DNA of 32,000 bases from Mycobacterium tuberculosis H37Rv (GTDB lineage: Bacteria; Actinomycetota; Actinomycetes; Mycobacteriales; Mycobacteriaceae). Below are positions 16,686 to 25,988 of the stretch, piece after piece. Location: the NCBI RefSeq assembly GCF_000195955.2, contig NC_000962.3:3420001-3452000 (forward strand). The letters are read 5' to 3'. How positions within the stretch are numbered: the stretch's first letter is position 1; every line of letters starts with the position of its first letter. The notes below the pieces were generated by a model. That model was not told the DNA's origin and searched no databases. It saw only the letters and a list, made by a program, of their open reading frames with translations. The position numbers and the translations under genes are program-made.

Positions 16686-16778
16686 TGTGCCAGCGTATAG
16701 CCGTTACCGCGGGGGCTTATCCACAGCCACCGGCGCCACCAGTTGTCCCGGTCTGTGCAGGCTGCTATTCTCGAACAC

Positions 16779-18053
16779 ATGTTCGAGACATTGACCGCGA
16801 TCGACCCGGATGCCGAGGAAGCGGCGTTGATCGAGCGAATCGCCGAGCTGGAGCGGCTTAAGTCGGCAGCCGCGGCTGGCCAGGCGCGGGCGGCGGCCGC
16901 TGTGGACGCCGCCCGCAGAGCCGCCGAAGGAGCTGCCGGGGTGCCGGCTGCGCGCCGTGGACGTGGGCTGGCCAGTGAGATTGCCCTGGCTCGACGAGAT
17001 TCACCAGCCCGGGGCAGCCGGCATCTGGGGTTTGCCAAGGCCTTGGTTTACGAGATGCCACACACGCTGGCCGCCCTGGACTGCGGCGCCCTCTCGGAGT
17101 GGCGGGCCACCCTGATCGTGCGCGAAAGCGCATGTCTGGATGTCGCGGACCGGCGCGCATTAGATGCCGAGTTATGTGGCGACCCCGGCGACTTGGAGGG
17201 GATGGGCGATGCGCGGGTGGTCGCGGCCGCCAGGGCGATCGCCTATCGGCTGGACCCGCAGGCCGTCGTCGACCGGGCGGCCAACGCCGAAAATGACCGT
17301 ACGGTCACCATTCGGCCGGCACCGGACACCATGACGTATCTGACCGCCCTGTTGCCAGTCGCCCAAGGCGTGTCGGTGTATGCGGCGCTGACCCGAGCGG
17401 CAGACACCCGCTGCGACGGGCGCTCCCGCGGCCAAGTCATGGCCGACACCCTGGTCGAACGGGTCACCGGCCGCGACGCGGCGGTCCCGACCCCGATCGC
17501 GGTCAACCTGGTCATGTCGGATGAAACGCTGCTGGGTGCGGCCAACACACCGGCGCAGCTGTGCGGCTACGGTCCCATTCCTGCGGCCGTGGCACGGACC
17601 ATGGTCGCTAGCGCCGTCACCGACCAGAGATCGCGGGCCACCCTGCGCAGGCTCTACGCTCATCCTCAGGCCGGGGCGCTGGTGTCGATGGAATCACGGG
17701 CGCGGCTGTTTCCCCGCGGTCTGGCCGCCTTCATCGAGCTGCGCGATCAGCGTTGCCGCACCCCCTACTGTGACGCGCCGATCCGACACCGCGACCATGC
17801 CCACCCCTGGGCCGACGGCGGCCCGACCAGCGCGCACAACGGGCTTGGGACCTGCGAACGCTGCAACTACGCCAAACAAGCCCCCGGCTGGCGGGTCAGC
17901 ACAAGTGTCGACGAAAATCACACGCACACAGCCGAATTCATTACCCCGACAGGCAGTCGACACCGGTCCGGCGCCCCGCCGCACCTGCCTGCGGTCACCG
18001 TCAGCGAACTCGAGGTCCGAATCGGCATCGCGCTCGCTCGATACGCCGCCTAG
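16779..18053 (+). CDS. DUF222 + HNH endonuclease domain protein (424 aa)
   Basis: The start is ATG 16779 (MFETLTAID..). The C-terminal HNH/zinc-ribbon motif is CRTPYCDAPIRHRDHAHPWADGGPTSAHNGLGTCERCNYAKQ. The N-terminal Ala-rich helical region is typical of actinobacterial DUF222 proteins. Confidence 0.85.
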   Translation: MFETLTAIDPDAEEAALIERIAELERLKSAAAAGQARAAAAVDAARRAAEGAAGVPAARRGRGLASEIALARRDSPARGSRHLGFAKALVYEMPHTLAALDCGALSEWRATLIVRESACLDVADRRALDAELCGDPGDLEGMGDARVVAAARAIAYRLDPQAVVDRAANAENDRTVTIRPAPDTMTYLTALLPVAQGVSVYAALTRAADTRCDGRSRGQVMADTLVERVTGRDAAVPTPIAVNLVMSDETLLGAANTPAQLCGYGPIPAAVARTMVASAVTDQRSRATLRRLYAHPQAGALVSMESRARLFPRGLAAFIELRDQRCRTPYCDAPIRHRDHAHPWADGGPTSAHNGLGTCERCNYAKQAPGWRVSTSVDENHTHTAEFITPTGSRHRSGAPPHLPAVTVSELEVRIGIALARYAA

Positions 18054-18973
18054 TAGTGGTAGGTGTCAGTCGGAGCCGGCATGTGAACCGGTTCGTCCTC
18101 GAAGTCGGACACTTCGATGCCGTAGGCGCGGGCCAGATCGAGGATCTTGGTGGCCCGGGCAATGCGCGGCAGGTCAGACCCGTTGCGGATCTCGCCCCCG
18201 TCGCGGGCGAACTCAGCGAAAAATTCCTTCGCCCAGACGATTTCGTCCTGCGACGGGGATAGCCCCTCATTCACCACCGGACATTGGTCCGGCGAAAGGC
18301 AGATCTTGCCGGTCATGCCAAACTCGGCGGAGACGGCCGTGGCCTCGATCAGCTTGAGCGCGTTGGAGCCGATGGTCGGCCCGTCGATCGCGCTGGGCAG
18401 ACCGGCGGCCCGGGCCGCGATGGTAAAGCGCGACCGCGCGTAGGCCAATGTTGCCGGGTCTTCGCCAAAGCCGGTGTCCCGGCGAAAGTCGCCGATACCG
18501 AAGGCGAGCCGGAAGGTGCCCTTGGCCGCAGCAATCTCGTTGATGCGCTCCAGACCCCGCGCCGTTTCGACCAGTGCAACGATCGGCACGTTAGGTAGTC
18601 GTTTCGCGGTCTCGGTGACATGGTCCACCGATTCGACCATCGCCAGCATCACTCCGCCAACGGGGCTATCGGCCAACATCGCTAGATCGTCCGCCCACCA
18701 AGGTGTGCCGAAGCCGTTGATGCGCACCCAGTCAGCGTTTCCGTCACCAAACCAACGCACGGCGTTGTCCCGGGCGGCATGCTTGTCTTTGGGAGCGACC
18801 GCGTCCTCGATATCGAGCACGACGATGTCGGCGCGTGAGTGCGCGGCGGACTCGAACCGGTCGCCGTGCGCGCCGTTGACCAGTAACCAACTCCGCGCGA
18901 GAACCGGATCGATACGAGACCCGGCCACCGGATCCGCCGTGTTGGTATCGACCTGTTCATACATTGAGGTCAT
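18050..18973 (-). CDS. CitE-like (HpcH/HpaI, citryl/beta-hydroxyacyl-CoA lyase beta-subunit family) protein, 307 aa
   Basis: The 307-codon ORF has family motifs ..ADIVVLDIEDAVAP.., ..IVALVETARGLERINEIA.. and ..FGIGDFRRD... Its stop overlaps the convergent upstream gene's stop. Confidence 0.88.
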   Translation of the reverse strand: MTSMYEQVDTNTADPVAGSRIDPVLARSWLLVNGAHGDRFESAAHSRADIVVLDIEDAVAPKDKHAARDNAVRWFGDGNADWVRINGFGTPWWADDLAMLADSPVGGVMLAMVESVDHVTETAKRLPNVPIVALVETARGLERINEIAAAKGTFRLAFGIGDFRRDTGFGEDPATLAYARSRFTIAARAAGLPSAIDGPTIGSNALKLIEATAVSAEFGMTGKICLSPDQCPVVNEGLSPSQDEIVWAKEFFAEFARDGGEIRNGSDLPRIARATKILDLARAYGIEVSDFEDEPVHMPAPTDTYHY

Positions 18974-19071
18974 CTAGTGTCTCTTCGCTCAGTCGATGTC
19001 GACATTGTTCTCCTTAAACCGTAGCGACGTCGCAAATCGGATTGGCAGGATGCCCCGCAAAACCCACGTCC

Positions 19072-19548
19072 ATGGTGTTGGATGGCGTGGTGTCCGACAC
19101 TCGCCGCAGCCGGACGATAGCGGCCCGGCAGCAAACCATCTGGGACGTCCTGGCCGACTTTGGTTCCTTGAGTTCATGGGTCGAGGGCGTCGACCACTCC
19201 TGCGTCTTGAACCACGGTCCCGACGGCGGAGCTCTAGGCAGCACCCGCCGCGTGCAGGTCGGCCGCAACACGCTGGTGGAGCGTGTCATCGAGTTCGACC
19301 CACCCACGACACTGGCCTACCGCATCGAGGGCCTGCCCGCCCGGCTGCGCAAAGTCACCAACCGCTGGACACTACGGCCGGCCGATCCTGTAGGCGCGGT
19401 GACGGTGGTCACCTTGACCAGCACGATCGAAATCGGCGGCAACCCGCTGGCGCGTCTGGCCGAACTTGTCGTCGGCCGCGCCATGGCCAAGCGGTCCAAC
19501 ACGATGCTCGCCGGGCTGGCACAACGATTGGAGGACAAACATGGCTAA
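19072..19548 (+). CDS. SRPBCC-superfamily (polyketide cyclase/dehydrase-like ligand-binding) protein, 158 aa
   Basis: The start is ATG 19072. The sequence (..IAARQQTIWDVLADFGSLSSWVEGVDHS.., ..LAYRIEGLPARLRKVTNRWTL..) matches the START/Bet v1-like fold pattern. Its stop lies inside the next gene's first codons. Confidence 0.8.
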   Translation: MVLDGVVSDTRRSRTIAARQQTIWDVLADFGSLSSWVEGVDHSCVLNHGPDGGALGSTRRVQVGRNTLVERVIEFDPPTTLAYRIEGLPARLRKVTNRWTLRPADPVGAVTVVTLTSTIEIGGNPLARLAELVVGRAMAKRSNTMLAGLAQRLEDKHG

Positions 19549-21352
19549 CCGTCCCGACATCATCATCGTGATGACCGACGAGGAACGTGCGGTGCCGCCG
19601 TACGAGTCGGCCGAGGTGCTCGCCTGGCGTCAACGCAGCTTGACCGGCCGCCGTTGGTTCGACGAGCACGGGATCAGTTTCACTCGGCACTACACCGGTT
19701 CGCTGGCGTGCGTGCCCAGCCGCCCGACGATTTTCACCGGCCAATATCCGGATCTGCACGGCGTCACCCAGACCGACGGCATCGGCAAGCGATTCGATGA
19801 TTCGCGGCTGCGCTGGCTACGGGCCGGCGAGGTGCCGACGTTGGGTAACTGGTTTCGCGCGGCCGGGTATGACACTCACTACGACGGCAAGTGGCACATC
19901 TCGCACGCCGATCTGGAAGACCCCGCGACCGGTGCACCACTGGCCACCAACGACAACGAGGGCGTCGTCGACTCGGCCGCGGTGCGGCGTTACCTCGACG
20001 CCGACCCGCTCGGGCCATACGGCTTCTCCGGGTGGGTGGGCCCCGAGCCCCATGGGGCGGGGTTGGCCAACAGCGGTTTTCGTCGCGACCCGCTGGTCGC
20101 CGATCGTGTCGTCGCGTGGCTGACCGAGCGCTACGCCCGGCGGCGCGCCGGTGACACCGCCGCGATGCGCCCGTTCTTGCTGGTGGCCAGCTTCGTCAAC
20201 CCGCACGACATCGTGCTGTTCCCGGCATGGGTGTGGCGCAGCCCGCTAAAGCCCTCCCCACTGGACCCGCCACACGTACCGGCGGCGCCGACCGCCGACG
20301 AGGACCTGTCGACCAAGCCGGCCGCGCAGGTCGCCTACCGGGAGGCGTACTACTCCGGATACGGCCTAACGCGTATGGTCAGCCGCAACTATGCCCGCAA
20401 CGCGCAGCGCTACCGGGACCTCTACTACCGCCTGCACGCCGAGGTCGACGGGCCGATCGACCGTGTGGGCCGCGCGGTCACCGAGGGCGGATCCGAGGAT
20501 GCCATGCTGGTGCGCACCTCCGACCATGGCGATCTGCTCGGAGCGCATGGCGGACTGCACCAGAAGTGGTTCAACCTCTATGACGAGGCAACCAGGGTGC
20601 CGTTCGTCATTGCCCGCATCGGCGAGAAGGCAACCCAACCGCGCACGGTCTCGGCGCCCACCTCGCATGTCGACTTGGTGCCGACGCTGCTTAGCGCGGC
20701 CGGCGTGGACGTAGACGTGGTGGCCGCGGCCCTGGCCGAATCGTTCTCCGAGGTGCATCCGCTGCCCGGTCGTGACCTGATGCCGGTCGTGGACGGGGCT
20801 TCGGCCGACGAGGGTCGGGCCATCTACCTGATGACGCGTGACAACGTGCTCGAAGGCGACACCGGCGCGTCCCTGCTGTCGCGGCAACTGGGCCGTATCG
20901 TGAATCCGCCTGCACCGCTGCGCATCAAGGTGCCCGCCCACGTCGCCGCCAACTTCGAGGGATTAGTCGTACGGGTCGATGACACCGACGCCGCCGGTGG
21001 TGCCGGGCACCTGTGGAAACTGGTGCGTACCTTCGACGACCCGGCCACCTGGACCGAACCCGGTGTGCGTCACCTGGCCACCAACGGCATGGGCGGCGAC
21101 GCCTATCGCACCGATCCACTGGACGACCAGTGGGAGCTCTACGACCTGACCGCCGATCCCATCGAGGCATACAACCGGTGGACCGACCCACAACTGCACG
21201 AGCTGCGACAGCATCTGCGGATGCTGCTCAAACAGCAACGTGCGGTATCGGTACCGGAACGCAACCAACCGTGGCCGTATGCTCATCGACTGCCGCCGAG
21301 CGGGGCATCCAACGGTTTGGTGCGGCGAGTGTTGGGAAGGTTCGTGCGCTAA
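19541..21352 (+). CDS. atsF: Type I sulfatase-family hydrolase (603 aa), no signal peptide
   Basis: The ATG at 19541 overlaps the upstream gene by 8 nt. The N-terminus PDIIIVMTDEER is followed by the formylglycine motif LACVPSRPTIFTG (CxPxR). Further on are ..VNPHDIV.. and ..VRTSDHGDLLGAHG... Confidence 0.88.
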   Translation: MANRPDIIIVMTDEERAVPPYESAEVLAWRQRSLTGRRWFDEHGISFTRHYTGSLACVPSRPTIFTGQYPDLHGVTQTDGIGKRFDDSRLRWLRAGEVPTLGNWFRAAGYDTHYDGKWHISHADLEDPATGAPLATNDNEGVVDSAAVRRYLDADPLGPYGFSGWVGPEPHGAGLANSGFRRDPLVADRVVAWLTERYARRRAGDTAAMRPFLLVASFVNPHDIVLFPAWVWRSPLKPSPLDPPHVPAAPTADEDLSTKPAAQVAYREAYYSGYGLTRMVSRNYARNAQRYRDLYYRLHAEVDGPIDRVGRAVTEGGSEDAMLVRTSDHGDLLGAHGGLHQKWFNLYDEATRVPFVIARIGEKATQPRTVSAPTSHVDLVPTLLSAAGVDVDVVAAALAESFSEVHPLPGRDLMPVVDGASADEGRAIYLMTRDNVLEGDTGASLLSRQLGRIVNPPAPLRIKVPAHVAANFEGLVVRVDDTDAAGGAGHLWKLVRTFDDPATWTEPGVRHLATNGMGGDAYRTDPLDDQWELYDLTADPIEAYNRWTDPQLHELRQHLRMLLKQQRAVSVPERNQPWPYAHRLPPSGASNGLVRRVLGRFVR

Positions 21353-21754
21353 TTGCAGAAGCTGCTATTCACCATCGGGTTGGCCCTGTTCCTGATCGGC
21401 CTGCTTACCGGATTGGTCATCCCGGCACTGAAGAACCCGCGCATGGCGCTGTCGAGCCACCTCGAGGGGGTCCTCAACGGGATGTTCCTCGTCGTGCTCG
21501 GCCTGCTCTGGCCGCACATCGATCTGCCCGAGGCATGGCAGGTTATCGCGGTGGCGCTGATCGTTTACTCCGCCTACGCCAACTGGCTGGCGACCCTGCT
21601 CGCGGCGGCCTGGGGAGCGGGCCGTAAATTCGCGCCCATCGCGACCGGCGACCACAAAGCCCCGGCCGCCAAGGAGGGATTCGTCAGCTTTCTGTTGTTG
21701 TCCCTCTCGGTGGCCATCGTGATCGGCGTGGTCATCGTCATCATTGGCCTCTGA
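21353..21754 (+). CDS. hab: Small four-TM membrane protein annotated in mycobacteria as hydroxylaminobenzene mutase homologue (133 aa)
   Basis: TTG at 21353 directly abuts the sulfatase stop (TAA 21350-21352). The sequence is hydrophobic throughout (LFTIGLALFLIGLLTGLVIPAL..). The name comes from my recollection of Rv3078, not from a motif. Confidence 0.75.
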   Translation: MQKLLFTIGLALFLIGLLTGLVIPALKNPRMALSSHLEGVLNGMFLVVLGLLWPHIDLPEAWQVIAVALIVYSAYANWLATLLAAAWGAGRKFAPIATGDHKAPAAKEGFVSFLLLSLSVAIVIGVVIVIIGL

Positions 21755-21769
21755 CGGCGACCCGTCCAA

Positions 21770-22597
21770 CTACGCCAGCCGCGCTAGCTCGGCCTGAAGC
21801 TTGTCCAGATATCGAAGCGTCGGGTCGCGAGGCTCGGTCGGCAGCTCCAGCAAAACCCGCTCCACCCCTAGATGCCGGTATCCCTCAAGGTCTTTAGCCG
21901 CCGCTTCACCCCACTGGCACACGGTCACCGGCACGTCGCCCCCGGCCATGGCGCGCAACCGCTGAAGCGGACCCGACAGCCGCTGCGGTGATGGACTGAT
22001 CGCGATCCACCCGGCATTGAGCCGGGCTATCCGCGGGAAGTTCGCCGGTCCCCCGCCCACATACAGCGGAGGATAGGGCTTTGTCACCGGCTTCGGCCAG
22101 CAGTAGATCGGATCGAAGTCCACATATGTCCCATGGAATTCCGCCTGCTCCTGCGTCCAGATCTCGATTATCGCGCGCAACCGCTCATCGATCACACGTC
22201 CGCGCACCGCAGGGTCCACACCATGGTTGGCGACTTCTTCGCGCAACCAGCCCACACCCACGCCGAAGCGAAACCGTCCCTGCGACACCAGATCCAGCGA
22301 GGCGACCTCCTTGGCCGTGACGATCGGATCGCGTTCCGGGATCAGCGCGATGCCGGTGCCTAACACCAGTGACTGGGTGGTAGCTGCCGCGGCCGCCAAC
22401 GCCACAAAGGGATCCAGGGTGCGGTAATACTTCTCCGGAATTGGGCCACCGCCCGGGTAGGGGCTCTGCGTGTTGACGGGAATATGGGTGTGCTCGGCGA
22501 GGAACAGCGACTCAAACCCGCGGTGCTCGAGTGCCGCACCCAGCTCCGCCGGGCCGATTCCCTCGTCGGTGACGAACGTCAGGACACCGAATTGCAT
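21770..22597 (-). CDS. Luciferase-like monooxygenase (LLM) family, F420-dependent-type oxidoreductase (275 aa)
   Basis: The start is ATG 22597 (MQFGVLTFV..); the track start at 22672 would overlap pknK. LLM motifs include ..FESLFLAEHTHIP.., ..LGTGIALIPERDPIVTAKEVASLDLVSQGRFRFGVGVGW... Confidence 0.88.
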   Translation of the reverse strand: MQFGVLTFVTDEGIGPAELGAALEHRGFESLFLAEHTHIPVNTQSPYPGGGPIPEKYYRTLDPFVALAAAAATTQSLVLGTGIALIPERDPIVTAKEVASLDLVSQGRFRFGVGVGWLREEVANHGVDPAVRGRVIDERLRAIIEIWTQEQAEFHGTYVDFDPIYCWPKPVTKPYPPLYVGGGPANFPRIARLNAGWIAISPSPQRLSGPLQRLRAMAGGDVPVTVCQWGEAAAKDLEGYRHLGVERVLLELPTEPRDPTLRYLDKLQAELARLA

Positions 22598-22655
22598 GCT
22601 TGCTCCCATCGTCTTGTGGCTGCAAGATCTGCACGACGATACGGCCGGCCGCGAG

Positions 22656-25600
22656 TTAGGCCAGTCCCGCATCGACCAGCAGACGTGACAGCCCGAGTTC
22701 GGCGCACTTCGTGGCTACCGGCGCCAGTTCGTTTCGCGCATCGGATTCCCGTCCGGTGGCGGCAAGCGTTTCGATATGAAGTATTTGCGCCTGCAGCGCC
22801 GCCAGCGGTCTGCGCGTACCGTCGATGGCGGCGGCGAGAGCACCGGCCCGTTGGCAGGCTTGGTCACGATCGGCGGAGTCGCCGGCGGACAACAGGCGCA
22901 CCGCGGAGTCCTCGTCGAGTTCGGCTGTCATGGTGGCGATTCCATTGTCGCGGGGGATGGTGCGGGGTGCCAGCAAATCGGCGGCCACCGCCGCAGGTAG
23001 CGCGATGCCCAGCCGGATCCGCTCGTTGTTGATTCGGGCAGCCAGGCGCGGCAGCCCCAGCTGGACGGCAGTATCGCCTCCGGTGGACAGGCGATCAGCC
23101 GCACCCTCATGATCCCCCTGGGCCGCCTTGACCCGCGCGCCGATCACGTACCTGGCGGCCAGGTAGTCCACTGCACCCCCCTCGGAACCCAGCAGATAGC
23201 TCTCGTCCATGAGACGACCAGCCCCGGCCAGATCGCCGGTCTCGTAGAGCAATTCGGCGAGCAGCGAACCCGCAAGCCGCGCCGCGTGCGAGTGGGCCCC
23301 CACTGCCGTGCCGACCTCGAACGCCGTTCGGAAGTTCTGTAGCGCAGCGACAATGTCGAGCCGATTCCTGGCCGCCATGCCGCGCAAGCACTGCGCATAA
23401 ACGGTGCCGAACGGTCCCATCATTTCCTGGTAGGGCGCGGCCCAGTCCAGCAGTGGATATACCTCGGCGAACTCGAAGCGGCAGATCGCGGCCAACGCCG
23501 CGGTGTTGCCGGCGGTCCCGGGGACTCGCGGGGGCAGGGTGTCCGGTCTCGACATTGCCTCGGCGAGAAGGTCATCCACGCGCTCGACCCGGTCTGCGAA
23601 CACCTCGGCGACCGCCCGCAACACGTCTGCCTCGGCCCGCAGATCCGCCTGCGTCGCCTCGGGAAGCTCGGCCCGGCCAAGGGCCGTTTCGAAACGATTC
23701 AGGGCACCGGTGGCCGGCGCCGGCCGTTGCAGCAGAATGTTCGCCCACGCGATGGCGAGTTGGAGCCGGGCCCGTGAAACCACCATCGACGTCGGCAGTT
23801 TCTGCACGATTGCCAGAAGTGTGGTCATCTTTGACTGCTCCGGCAGGTTCGTTTCATCCTGCTCGACAAGATCGACGGCGCGCGCGGGATCGCCCGCGGC
23901 CAGTGCATGGTCGACGGCTTCGTGCAGGTAGCCGTTCTCGGCGAACCAGGCCGATGCCCTGCGGTGCAGTTCCGCCACCCGGTGCGACCCGCCACGTTCG
24001 AGGCGACGGTGGAGAAAGTCGGCGAACATTTGGTGGAAGCGAAACCAATTCGGGTCGTCTTCGGTCCGTTGCAGGAACAAGCCGCGGTGCTCGGCCTCTT
24101 CCAGCATCGCCCGCCCATTGGTGATCCCGGCCAGCGCCGAGGCCAGCCCGCCGCACGTGCGTTCGGTGACCGATGCCACCAGTAGGAATTCGCGCAGTTC
24201 GGGTTCCAGGGTGTCCAGCACGTTTTCGCTCAGGAATTCGTGGATCACGTCACTGGCGCCGGAAAGTCCGCGCAGGAGTTGGGTCGCGTCGCCCCCGCCG
24301 CGCAGCGACAGCGCGGCCAGCCGCAGCGCCGCGGCCCACCCGTCGGTAGAGGTAGTCAGCGCCTGCACGTCTGCGCGCGGCAATCGCAGACCACCAGCAT
24401 CGTTCAGCAGCGCGGCGGCCTCGTCGGTATCGAAGCGCAAAGCAGCCGAATCGATCTCGGCTAGTTCGTCGCCGATCCGCAACCTGCCCACCGGCAAACC
24501 GGCGCGAGACCAGCTGGTCACGATGAGCTGCAGGTGGTGACATCCGTTGTCCAGCAGGAAACCCAGGGCAGCTTGGGTGCGGCTGTCGGACACCCGATGC
24601 CAGTCGTCGATCACCACCGCGATCCGGTCGTCGTTTTCGTGGATTTCGTCGATCAGCGAAGTCAACACGTAGCGGCCGGCGTCATCCCCATGCTCTTCGA
24701 GCACGTGCCCCAACGACTCGGCCAGCGTGGGCCGGACCCGCCGGATCGACTCGAGCAGGTGCGACAAGAACCACACCTCGTTGTTGTCGTCGTTGTCGAT
24801 TGTCAGCCAGGCGACCGCGGCGCCGTCGCGCGAGAGCTCTTCCCGCCATTGCGCCGCCAGGGTGCTTTTGCCGAATCCCGAGGGCGCGTGGATGAGGATC
24901 AGCCGGCGCCGTCCGCCGGCGCGCAGGATGTCGGTGAGCCGGCTGCGGGTGACCAGCGAGCCGGTGGGCACCGACGGCCGGTACTTGGTCGCGGGTGTCG
25001 GAGGCGTCGGGACCGTCGGGGTGCCGCCGCCGGTATGCCGATGCGCCGCGTGCGCCTCGGGCGAGCGTCGGCGTTCCACGCCCAGCTCGACGGGGAGGGG
25101 CATCTCGTCGACGCTGACGCCGTTGCGGCGCTGAACGTCGCGAAGCTCCTCGCCAACGTCTGCCGCGGTCGCGGGACGATCCGCCGGATGGCGGGCCATC
25201 GCCCGTTCGATGGCGGCGGCCACGTCCGCGGGCAGTCCCTGCTTCCGCAGGTCGGGGATCGGCTGCGAGGTGATCCGCAGGAACTGGGCGATCACCCGCT
25301 CACCGCTGCGGCGCTCGTAGGCGGCATGGCCGGTCAGCGCACAGAACAACGTCGCGCCCAGGGAGTACACGTCAGAGGCGGGCGTCGGCGATGCTCCTTC
25401 GAGAACTTCCGGCGCGGTGAAAGCCGGGGAACCGGCAATCACCCCGGTCGCCGTCTCGAAACCCCCGGCGATTCTGGCGATTCCGAAATCGGTCAGCTGC
25501 GGTTCCCCGTAGTCGGTCAGCAGGATATTCCCCGGCTTCACGTCACGGTGCAGGGTGCCGACGCGATGCGCGGCTTCCAGCGCTCCCGCGAGCTTGACGC

Positions 25601-25988
25601 CGATCGACAGCGTCTCGCGCCAGTCCAGCGGCCCGTGCCGGCGAATCAGCGTCTCCAACGAATTCTTGGCGTGGTAGGGCATCACGATGAAGGGCCGCCC
25701 ACCCGCCAACACGCCCACCTGCAAGACGGTCACGATGTGCGGGTGCCCGGAAAGGCGGCCCATGGCCCGCTGCTCGCGCAGGAAGCGCTCGAGATTGTCC
25801 CGATCCAGGTCGGTGCTCAATACCTTGACGGCGACGGCGCGGTCCAGCGAGGGCTGGACGCAGCGGTAGACGACGCCGAATCCGCCGCGCCCGATCTCCT
25901 CGACATTGTCGAATCCAGCCTCAAGCAGTTCCGCGGGAATATTCGGGACCAGGTCCCGCCGCGTCGCGTGCGGATCAACGTCGGTCAT
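22656..25988 (-). CDS. pknK: Ser/Thr protein kinase fused to a MalT-like STAND NTPase and helical-repeat domain (1110 aa)
   Basis: Hanks kinase motifs are GRGGFGVV, VAVKVL, HRDVKPGNILL, DFG and SPAFTAPE (aa ~25-290). Walker A is HAPSGFGKST (aa 367-376) and the Walker B-like motif is VVIDDWH. A long TPR/MalT-like C-terminus follows, with no C-terminal HTH detected. Confidence 0.95.
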   Translation of the reverse strand: MTDVDPHATRRDLVPNIPAELLEAGFDNVEEIGRGGFGVVYRCVQPSLDRAVAVKVLSTDLDRDNLERFLREQRAMGRLSGHPHIVTVLQVGVLAGGRPFIVMPYHAKNSLETLIRRHGPLDWRETLSIGVKLAGALEAAHRVGTLHRDVKPGNILLTDYGEPQLTDFGIARIAGGFETATGVIAGSPAFTAPEVLEGASPTPASDVYSLGATLFCALTGHAAYERRSGERVIAQFLRITSQPIPDLRKQGLPADVAAAIERAMARHPADRPATAADVGEELRDVQRRNGVSVDEMPLPVELGVERRRSPEAHAAHRHTGGGTPTVPTPPTPATKYRPSVPTGSLVTRSRLTDILRAGGRRRLILIHAPSGFGKSTLAAQWREELSRDGAAVAWLTIDNDDNNEVWFLSHLLESIRRVRPTLAESLGHVLEEHGDDAGRYVLTSLIDEIHENDDRIAVVIDDWHRVSDSRTQAALGFLLDNGCHHLQLIVTSWSRAGLPVGRLRIGDELAEIDSAALRFDTDEAAALLNDAGGLRLPRADVQALTTSTDGWAAALRLAALSLRGGGDATQLLRGLSGASDVIHEFLSENVLDTLEPELREFLLVASVTERTCGGLASALAGITNGRAMLEEAEHRGLFLQRTEDDPNWFRFHQMFADFLHRRLERGGSHRVAELHRRASAWFAENGYLHEAVDHALAAGDPARAVDLVEQDETNLPEQSKMTTLLAIVQKLPTSMVVSRARLQLAIAWANILLQRPAPATGALNRFETALGRAELPEATQADLRAEADVLRAVAEVFADRVERVDDLLAEAMSRPDTLPPRVPGTAGNTAALAAICRFEFAEVYPLLDWAAPYQEMMGPFGTVYAQCLRGMAARNRLDIVAALQNFRTAFEVGTAVGAHSHAARLAGSLLAELLYETGDLAGAGRLMDESYLLGSEGGAVDYLAARYVIGARVKAAQGDHEGAADRLSTGGDTAVQLGLPRLAARINNERIRLGIALPAAVAADLLAPRTIPRDNGIATMTAELDEDSAVRLLSAGDSADRDQACQRAGALAAAIDGTRRPLAALQAQILHIETLAATGRESDARNELAPVATKCAELGLSRLLVDAGLA

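Noticed and set aside
19024-19033. 10-bp palindrome GCGACGTCGC in the divergent region between the CitE-like and SRPBCC genes
   Set aside because: About 30 perfect 10-bp palindromes are expected by chance in a window this size, and no second copy or extended symmetry is present.
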